From: an uncultured bacterium
GTDB taxonomy: Bacteria; Pseudomonadota; Gammaproteobacteria; GCA-001735895
Reading direction: 5' to 3'
DNA: 47,261 nucleotides
Assembly (NCBI GenBank): GCA_965370015.1
Contig: CBDUSZ010000002.1
Location: forward strand, 1 to 47,261
The notes under the pieces were generated by a model. It was given only the letters and a program-made list of their open reading frames with translations. It had not been told where the DNA came from and made no database searches. The translations under genes and the position numbers were made by a program. Below are positions 28,487-35,638 of the stretch, one piece after another. Numbering within the stretch: position 1 is the first letter of the stretch; every line of letters starts with the position of its first letter.

Positions 28487-29947
28487 TCACGGGTTTCGAA
28501 GCTGCAAAATTATACGCGGAATACGCTGTATAATATCGCTGGCGATCAATCCTGTTTCATCATTATCTGCTGCATAATTCTCGGCGCAAAGTGCATGAAT
28601 TAATACGCCGGTCTTTGCAGCCTCAAAGGGAGAAAGGTTTTGTCCCAGCAAGGCGCCAATCAAGCCAGCCAGCACGTCGCCCACGCCTGCACCGGCCATG
28701 CCCGGATTACCGCGCACATTTATTGCTGGTATTGATCCAGATTGCGCAATTATACTACCCGATCCTTTTAATATACTGACCCTGGCAAATTTTTTCTGTA
28801 GTTTTTCACTAGCGCCGGCACGATCAGCCTGAATTTCCGTCGAGGTTATCGATAGCAATTTCGCCGCTTCGCCAGGGTGAGGCGTAATTACAACCTGCTC
28901 CGATTCCAGCGCTATTAGGAAATTTGGCTCCAGGGCACTGGCATCGACAACCAGGGGTTTTTTGCAGGATTGTAATTTTTCCAGGCAAAATTTTGCAGCT
29001 TCGCTTTGTCCCAACCCGGGACCGATTACGACCACCGTAGCCTGCTCAAGTTTATCGTTGATATCATCCCAACTCTGCACCATCAGCTCAGGAATAGCTG
29101 ACAGATCGTGAACGCACTCTGGATGCACCAGCACAGTGACCAGGCCTGCACCGCCGCGCAAGGCCGCCAAGGCCGCCAGTGATGCCGCGCCTGCCATACC
29201 CCGGTCACCACCGATAATCAGAATATGTCCGAATTCATTTTTGTGTGAATTGCATTTGCGTTTAGCGGGTAATGCCACATGGTACTGATCGAGTACTGAC
29301 AGTACCGGGGTTTGACTGCGGCGGGTGCGTGAAGAAATACCCAGATCGTCAAATATTAATTCACCGCAGAAATCCGGCCCATCCGATGTATATTGCCCCA
29401 CTTTGGCGCCAATAAAAGTAACCGTAAGATCCGCTTCTACCGCGCACGGCTGGGCGATTCCAGTATCCGCATTCAAGCCAGACGGAATATCGATAGAGAC
29501 ACGAACAGCGTCAGCCTGATTTATTTGTTTAATGAGTGCCTGCCAGCCACTGTCTAAATTTCTGCTTAATCCGATACCCAGCAAACCATCGACGATGACT
29601 TCGCCAATTATTTTCTGCTGATTCGATTCGACGATATCGCCACCCATTTGTAGCCATAAAGCGCGAAAATGTGCAGAGGTTTCGGACTGTCGAGACAATT
29701 CACCACAAACAATAAACTGTACCTCTAGACCCTGTCGTTTCGCCAGGATTGCGACCACAAACGCATCACCACCATTATTACCCGAGCCGGCAAAAATAGT
29801 GATACGCGTAAATTCTGGCCAGCGACTTGAAATTTCATCCCAGACTCGCTCTCCGGCACGCTGCATCAAGCTGATTTCAGATAATCCATCGACTGCCACT
29901 GCGGTTCGATCCAATCGATAGATAGACTCCAGATCATACAAAAACAT
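28487..29947 (-). CDS. nnr: Bifunctional NAD(P)H-hydrate repair enzyme Nnr (epimerase plus ADP-dependent dehydratase; YjeF)
   Basis: 486-aa ORF. YjeF-N motif GSGNNGGDAFV and C-terminal carbohydrate-kinase-like motifs GGDRGMAGA and GAGVGDVLAGLIGALL. Confidence 0.92.
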   Translation of the reverse strand: MFLYDLESIYRLDRTAVAVDGLSEISLMQRAGERVWDEISSRWPEFTRITIFAGSGNNGGDAFVVAILAKRQGLEVQFIVCGELSRQSETSAHFRALWLQMGGDIVESNQQKIIGEVIVDGLLGIGLSRNLDSGWQALIKQINQADAVRVSIDIPSGLNADTGIAQPCAVEADLTVTFIGAKVGQYTSDGPDFCGELIFDDLGISSRTRRSQTPVLSVLDQYHVALPAKRKCNSHKNEFGHILIIGGDRGMAGAASLAALAALRGGAGLVTVLVHPECVHDLSAIPELMVQSWDDINDKLEQATVVVIGPGLGQSEAAKFCLEKLQSCKKPLVVDASALEPNFLIALESEQVVITPHPGEAAKLLSITSTEIQADRAGASEKLQKKFARVSILKGSGSIIAQSGSIPAINVRGNPGMAGAGVGDVLAGLIGALLGQNLSPFEAAKTGVLIHALCAENYAADNDETGLIASDIIQRIPRIILQLRNP

Positions 29948-30208
29948 AAGGACACCTCACTTAAATTTTTTTCGCCATTACAATATGCCAATTTTGCGAT
30001 ATCGATATAATCAAGCATAACAGGGGACTTCCTACGCTAGAAACGATACCAGTTGTCAGAGTGCGGAATGTGCTACGAAGTGATTTTAACTGCAAGATAT
30101 ATTTGTGGATATTCTGCATAAATTACGGATACTGGAAAATCCTCAATCACTCGCATAACTACTGTTTTTAGCAGTGCTACCGATTAACCGAAAAAAAGGA
30201 ATATGATT

Positions 30209-30397
30209 ATGACTAGATTTGTTGAACTCAATACACCAACCGGCGAACGGGTGTTTATCAATCCAGACCAGGTAACATTATTAAAAGACAAAGATGAAGT
30301 AACTCATGTACATTTCGTTGGGGACGGTAGCGGCCCCAGCATGGCAGCGGTTCATCTACCCATTCAAGAAACAGCCAGGTTACTTTCAAGCGGATAG
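30209..30397 (+). CDS. Small hypothetical protein (62 aa)
   Basis: ORF MTRFVELNTPTGERVFINPDQVTLL… SD AGGA at 30197-30200 is well spaced for the ATG at 30209 and too close to the track start at 30203. No family recognised. Confidence 0.4.
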   Translation: MTRFVELNTPTGERVFINPDQVTLLKDKDEVTHVHFVGDGSGPSMAAVHLPIQETARLLSSG

Positions 30398-30471
30398 CCC
30401 CGCGCAATCCACCACTTGCAGACCTCTGGCGGGGTGATAATTACCTCAATAATCAGAGCAATCATCCTACA

Positions 30472-31644
30472 CTATTCATGCGAAAAAACAGTCTCGGTGC
30501 CCCGCCCCGGTGCCGCTGGTACCATTTGCGTCAGCACCAATGACATTACCGCAATAAAGGCGCCGATAATAAACACCATCGCTGGCGAGACGATCCACAC
30601 TATGCCCAGAGTGAATGGCAGAACTACTGCAGCAATATGGTTGATCGAAAAAGAAACGCCTGCAGTGGCGGCTATGTCGGCGGGATCGGCTATCTTTTTA
30701 AGGTAGCTTTTCAGCGCGATTGCCATGGCGAAGAAGAAGTGATCAAGTATGTAGAGCATAGAAGCGAATACCGCACTTTCAGCGATTGCGTAACAACTGA
30801 ATATAACGATTAATCCGACGTATTCTAGCGTGAGCGTTCGTTTTTCACCCCAGTAGCTCACCAGCTGACCAATCTTGGGGGCGAGATAGATCGACAGCAC
30901 TCCATTGACAAGGAACAGCATCGACATATCGCCGACGCTGAAATGAAACTTCTCCACCATTAAAAAGCCCGCGAATACGACGAATATCTGCCGACGCGCG
31001 CCGGAAAGAAAGGTTAGCAGATAATATAGCCAGTAACGTTTTCTTAGAATTATTTTTTTGTGCTGTTCGGCTTCGCCCTTGAAATGCGGAAATTTCAGAT
31101 ACATCACAATTGCTATTGCCGCAGTAAATGAGCCACCCAGCAGATAAACCAGCTCGTAACCCAGTTCCAGCAAGTCAACCAGGCTATAGAGGGCGGCGAA
31201 GACAATCAGTCCGGTAAATGAACCAACCGCAATTTGCTTGCCCATCACCACCGGCAATCGTTCTTTGCTGATTAGTTGAAGGGTCAGGGATTGTTGTATG
31301 GTTTCAGCATAGTGGTATCCGAGTGACATTAACACCGTGGTGAAGTACAGACCCATAATGGATGGCAAGTAACCGGTAATTGCGGTACCTATCCCCAGCG
31401 CCAGCAAAGCCAGAAAAGCGACGGTTTGTTCACGCATGATCAATAGCAAAAAGATGACACCGAAAGCAATAAATCCGGGGATTTCGCGTAGACTTTGTAG
31501 TATTCCTATTTCGATTCCGCTAAAACTGGCCTGCTCGATTGCAAAATTGTTGATCAAGGCCTGCCAGGTCGCAAACGACAGTGGTACGGCCGCCGAAAAC
31601 AGGTAAAGTAGAAATTCTGGGCGCCGAAAGTATTTTTTAACCAT
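30472..31644 (-). CDS. MFS-type transporter
   Basis: 390-aa ORF with ~11-12 TM helices in two bundles joined by a basic central loop (HKKIILRKRY). Confidence 0.72.
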   Translation of the reverse strand: MVKKYFRRPEFLLYLFSAAVPLSFATWQALINNFAIEQASFSGIEIGILQSLREIPGFIAFGVIFLLLIMREQTVAFLALLALGIGTAITGYLPSIMGLYFTTVLMSLGYHYAETIQQSLTLQLISKERLPVVMGKQIAVGSFTGLIVFAALYSLVDLLELGYELVYLLGGSFTAAIAIVMYLKFPHFKGEAEQHKKIILRKRYWLYYLLTFLSGARRQIFVVFAGFLMVEKFHFSVGDMSMLFLVNGVLSIYLAPKIGQLVSYWGEKRTLTLEYVGLIVIFSCYAIAESAVFASMLYILDHFFFAMAIALKSYLKKIADPADIAATAGVSFSINHIAAVVLPFTLGIVWIVSPAMVFIIGAFIAVMSLVLTQMVPAAPGRGTETVFSHE

Positions 31645-32024
31645 AGAGGTCCTGCAACTGAAAAAGAGGGATCACAATCCGCGAATGGGGTAACAAATCC
31701 CTATACCCGAAATGCTAGTCAATGGCGTGAATAGTATCATAATCCAGTCAGTTGCTACTGATTGCAGTTTGAGTGTTATTGCAGCCATTCTGAATCTTTT
31801 ATTGGCATTCATCATGCCGGTGTTTACTAAAACTGCCCGATGACTATTCTTTTATGAGTGTCGGGTCGAGTCCAGCGCAACATTCTTAGGAATGATCGGT
31901 ATAAATAGGTAATGGATCCTGTTGGTGTTTCTATTATTATATCCTCCACTATTTAATTAACCCTCTAATCGCTAAATTCCCCCGGGAAAAAAGGTACAGT
32001 GGTGCGTTTTGAAAAAATATCCAC

Positions 32025-32627
32025 ATGAATACATTCCTCTACGGTTTTTCACTTGGATTTTCCCTGATTCTCGCGATTGGCGCACAAAATGCTTTTGTGC
32101 TGAAACAGGGTTTGCGGGGTGAGCATGTATTTCTGGTTAGCCTGATCTGTGCGCTATCAGATGCAGTTTTAATTTTGATCGGGGTGAGCGGGTTTCACCT
32201 ACTGGTTTCGAGTTTTCCGGAACTGGTAAAGATTGCCCGTTATGGCGGTGCAATCTTTCTGTTTACTTATGGCCTTTTGAGTTTCCGCACAGCCTGGCAA
32301 TCAAAGCACACACTGACACCCGCTGAAATGCAAAGCGTTAGCTGGGTTAATTCGGCACTCACCTGCTTCGCCTTTACCTGGCTGAATCCCCATGTATATC
32401 TGGATACGGTCGTGCTGATAGGCTCAGTGTCTTCCCAGTTCAGTGATGAAATCGAGTATTTTGCCGCCGGTGCTACCAGTGCCTCGTTCGTATTCTTCTT
32501 CTCCCTTGGCTATGGCGCACGATTGTTACGCCCGATATTTGCGCGCCCACGATCCTGGCAAATATTAGAAATTTTTGTCGGCATTATTATGTGGGCCATC
32601 GCCGCGAAGCTTGTATTTATGCAATAG
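32025..32627 (+). CDS. argO: LysE/ArgO-family basic amino acid exporter
   Basis: 200-aa ORF that aligns along its whole length with E. coli ArgO as recalled (…GAQNAFVLKQGLR…, ALSDAVLI, TWLNPHVYLDTVVLIGS, ASFVFFFSLGY). Confidence 0.88.
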   Translation: MNTFLYGFSLGFSLILAIGAQNAFVLKQGLRGEHVFLVSLICALSDAVLILIGVSGFHLLVSSFPELVKIARYGGAIFLFTYGLLSFRTAWQSKHTLTPAEMQSVSWVNSALTCFAFTWLNPHVYLDTVVLIGSVSSQFSDEIEYFAAGATSASFVFFFSLGYGARLLRPIFARPRSWQILEIFVGIIMWAIAAKLVFMQ

Positions 32628-32666
32628 GCAATATACATTTCACACCATCACAAACACGAGAAAATT

Positions 32667-33434
32667 ATGCGCTTAAAACACAAGGTAGCCGTAGTTACCG
32701 GTGCCAGCAACGGCATTGGCCTGGCCATTTGCAAGCGTTACCTGGACGAGGGCGTTAAGCTAGTCATGACCGATATCGATGAACATAAAGGCCAAATCGA
32801 AGCGGCGAATTTGACTAGTAAAGGCGAGGTGATTTTTATTCATTGCGATGTCGGTGATAAGGCCAGTGTCGACAGTTTATTTACCCGGGCAGCGGAACAT
32901 TTCGGTCGTATCGATATCACGGTCGCCAATGCGGGCATACTAAAAACCGGTGCTTTTGTAGATATCAGCGAGGAAGATTTCGATGCGGTGATACGCGTTA
33001 ATTTGAAAGGCGTATTTCTCACCGGCCAGGCGGCAGCACGACAAATGTCGGCGCAGGATCCACAGGGCGGCACAATTATCAACATGTCATCGACCAATCA
33101 GGTGTTGGCCATCCCACAAATTACACCCTATGTCGTCGCCAAAGGCGGCGTCGGTCAATTGACCAAAGTAATGGCGATTAGCCTGGTCGAGCAAAATATT
33201 CGCGTCAACGGCATCGGGCCAGGGTCGGTGGCGACCGATATGTTTCAGAAAAATATTGCCACTGACGAAGAGGCCCTGGCATCTGTGATGTCACGCACAC
33301 CGATGAAGCGTCCGGCCGATCCGGCTGAAATTGCTTCGATCGCGGTATTTCTGGCGTCTGAAGATTCTTCGTATATTACCGGGCAAACTATTTTTGCCGA
33401 TGGTGGCAGGTTACCTTTGGCTTATACTTGCTAA
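32667..33434 (+). CDS. SDR-family oxidoreductase (classical, FabG/glucose-dehydrogenase-like)
   Basis: 255-aa ORF. TGASNGIGLA, NAGI and S…YVVAK catalytic motifs, with a PG…T segment. Confidence 0.88.
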   Translation: MRLKHKVAVVTGASNGIGLAICKRYLDEGVKLVMTDIDEHKGQIEAANLTSKGEVIFIHCDVGDKASVDSLFTRAAEHFGRIDITVANAGILKTGAFVDISEEDFDAVIRVNLKGVFLTGQAAARQMSAQDPQGGTIINMSSTNQVLAIPQITPYVVAKGGVGQLTKVMAISLVEQNIRVNGIGPGSVATDMFQKNIATDEEALASVMSRTPMKRPADPAEIASIAVFLASEDSSYITGQTIFADGGRLPLAYTC

Positions 33435-33447
33435 TTTCATTGCTGGT

Positions 33448-33870
33448 TTTCGCACACCAGGGCTTTCATAACTACGTAGCTACAAGTGAGTAGGTGCGCG
33501 AGTTACTTCTTTTGCTTGCCCAAAAGAATTAACCAAGAAAAGGGCAGCCCAATCGTGTGGCCTGACGGCTCCCTGGAAATGAACCGATTTAGGTGGGCAC
33601 GCAGCCATTCGCATCCTGCTCAAGGCTGCTCTACAGACGTCCCTGCCTGTAGACCCACCAAAATCGATTCATTTCCAGCACACGAAGAGGGCGATTAAAA
33701 AAGCCCTATCTCAAGATACGTTTTTTTTAATTCCCCTTTCAAACCCTCGGCAAAATAAGGGTTTGTTCGGGGCGGCATTTCTTGGTGACTTCTTGTTGCT
33801 GTAGACAAGAAGTCACTCGCGCGCTTAGTCATAATTGACTATGAAAAAATGAAAGGATTAGTGTGCGAAA
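33448..33870. repeat. Composite nested inverted-repeat element (MITE/REP-like, or a structured RNA locus)
   Basis: Three nested inverted-repeat layers. Outer: TTTCGCACAC…CTTTCAT (33448-33469) against ATGAAAG…GTGTGCGAAA (33849-33870). Middle: two inverted copies of a hairpin unit, 33493-33550 (stem 33502-33514/33521-33533, 12/13 bp) and 33769-33824 (perfect 12-bp stem 33785-33796/33805-33816). Core: a 25-nt stem with 23/25 pairs (33573-33597/33654-33678) enclosing two 6-bp hairpins. Confidence 0.7.
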
Positions 33871-33915
33871 TAAGATTAATAATTATCTAACGAATGACCA
33901 CGAAAGGGCCATTCG

Positions 33916-34896
33916 CTACGAAATCATCTGATAATAAATATTCTGTGGATGCTCTGCTTCAATAAAGAAATACCAGCGTTCCACCACCAACCCTGTATAT
34001 TGAATGAGAAAGGCTGTGGTACAGAGCATAATCGAAGTCTCGTCACTGACGACGAGTAAAATCACCGGCACTACAAATGTGGCAAGTAAAAAGAAGTGCC
34101 GCGCCAGTTTCACCACTGTGGCTCCGTAGGTATGAATAAACGCGCGGGTATTAAAGCTGCCACCCATAGCTCCCTGCGCCATCTGCCGGATGTTCGGATG
34201 GTGAATACCGATCGCTGACTGTAGTGTTGTTGGACTACGTAAGTTTTTATTGCGCTGCAATGACGCAAATCGCGTTATAAAACCAGCGCTGGTCAGAATT
34301 ATGGCAAATTCCGCAAAGTATCCAAACCACTGCGGATCAGTAACGGTAGACAATGCGGCGGCCAGGGTAAATCCGGAAGCGGACCCAAGTAAGAGGAAAT
34401 TCAATGCTGTTAGCGGACTATGCCATTGACGTAAGAATTTCAGACAGGCGTAAATCATCGCGGTGCACAGATATAAAGCGAACACTGCAAATGCAGCTAA
34501 AAATCCAACGGCTGTCGACCACTCAATTGGATAACCATTGCCCAGCACTATTATAACGTCGTGATTGCCGCAATATTTCAGCAAGGTATAAACCAATATC
34601 AGTACCAGTGTCACGGGCAGGACGATGACTTCACGCGATAACCAGGAAGTACGCCACATCGCCGCGGAACGCCAGGCCCGCTCGGGATGGCCCAGGTGGA
34701 ATAAAGAGGCAACGAGGCCCGCTATTAACAGCCCTAAACTGATCACACCAGCGAGCACATCACCCTGAGAAGTTATGGCTATGACCGGTAAAACAGCCAG
34801 TAAGCCCAACACATCCGCGCTGAAATAGGCCAGGAACAGGCCCTGACCAGCGCCAATCAGAGTGGTTAGAAAGATCACGGATACGGCGGGCTTCAT
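33916..34896 (-). CDS. NrfD/PsrC/DmsC-type membrane anchor subunit of a molybdoenzyme (SoeC-like)
   Basis: 326-aa polytopic membrane ORF (~8-9 TM), the last gene of a three-gene operon after the Mo and FeS subunits. Confidence 0.75.
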   Translation of the reverse strand: MKPAVSVIFLTTLIGAGQGLFLAYFSADVLGLLAVLPVIAITSQGDVLAGVISLGLLIAGLVASLFHLGHPERAWRSAAMWRTSWLSREVIVLPVTLVLILVYTLLKYCGNHDVIIVLGNGYPIEWSTAVGFLAAFAVFALYLCTAMIYACLKFLRQWHSPLTALNFLLLGSASGFTLAAALSTVTDPQWFGYFAEFAIILTSAGFITRFASLQRNKNLRSPTTLQSAIGIHHPNIRQMAQGAMGGSFNTRAFIHTYGATVVKLARHFFLLATFVVPVILLVVSDETSIMLCTTAFLIQYTGLVVERWYFFIEAEHPQNIYYQMIS

Positions 34897-34906
34897 GATT
34901 TAAATA

Positions 34907-35638
34907 CTACCAGGATGTCGAATCGTCGAGCGTAGTACGTTTAGTCGGTGCGCGCTGTGCCCTGTCTTCTTTCTTCAACGGATTGTCGGCACGCATCAAG
35001 TCCTCTTCGTGCACGGTAATTTTTGTTTTGCGTCTTGGCAAATAATGATTCGCCGGTTCGGTGCCCCACTCGGGCATAAGTTGATAACCGGCCGCCTCGT
35101 TGATGGCTAGCGAGGCTTCGGAATTCGGATCGTGTATGTCTCCGTATATTCTCGCGCTTGTCGGACAGGCCAGTACACAGGCTGGTTTGCGCTCTGCTTC
35201 AGGTAGCGATTCATCGTAGATTCTATCGACGCATAGAGTACACTTTTTCATCACCTTTTGTTTCTCATCTATTTCGCGCGCGCCGTAAGGGCAAGCCCAG
35301 GAACAATACTCACAACCGATACATTTGTCGTAATCGACTAGTACGATGCCATCCTCCGGGCGTTTGTAACTAGCGCCTGTCGGACACACTGGCACACAGG
35401 GTGGATCTTCACAATGCAGGCAGGATTTAGGAAAGTGTACGGTTTGCGTATCTGGAAATTCGCCAACTTCAAAGGTTTGTACGCGGTTAAAAAACGTACC
35501 TGTTGGATCCGCGTCATAAGGGTTTCTATCGACCATCGGACCGGCTTCGCCAGAAGTATTCCATTCCTTGCAACTGGTCACGCAAGCGTGGCAGCCAACA
35601 CAGGTATTGAGATCGATAACAAGCGCAAGTTGAGTCAT
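34907..35638 (-). CDS. 4Fe-4S ferredoxin-type iron-sulfur subunit of a molybdoenzyme (DmsB/PsrB family; SoeB-like)
   Basis: Cys clusters CVGCHACVTSC, CLHCEDPPCVPVC, CIGCEYCSWAC and CTLC…CVLAC. I prefer the ATG at 35638 (243 aa), which forms an ATGA overlap with the stop of the catalytic subunit gene. Confidence 0.88.
   Translation of the reverse strand: MTQLALVIDLNTCVGCHACVTSCKEWNTSGEAGPMVDRNPYDADPTGTFFNRVQTFEVGEFPDTQTVHFPKSCLHCEDPPCVPVCPTGASYKRPEDGIVLVDYDKCIGCEYCSWACPYGAREIDEKQKVMKKCTLCVDRIYDESLPEAERKPACVLACPTSARIYGDIHDPNSEASLAINEAAGYQLMPEWGTEPANHYLPRRKTKITVHEEDLMRADNPLKKEDRAQRAPTKRTTLDDSTSW

Noticed and set aside
33486-33698. 70-aa ORF (MSRCASYFFCLPKRINQEKGSPIVWPDGSLEMNRF…) in the SDR/molybdoenzyme gap
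   Set aside because: It lies entirely within the nested inverted-repeat element. Its sequence is dictated by hairpin arms, it has no SD, and similar repeat-derived pseudo-ORFs are a known annotation artefact.
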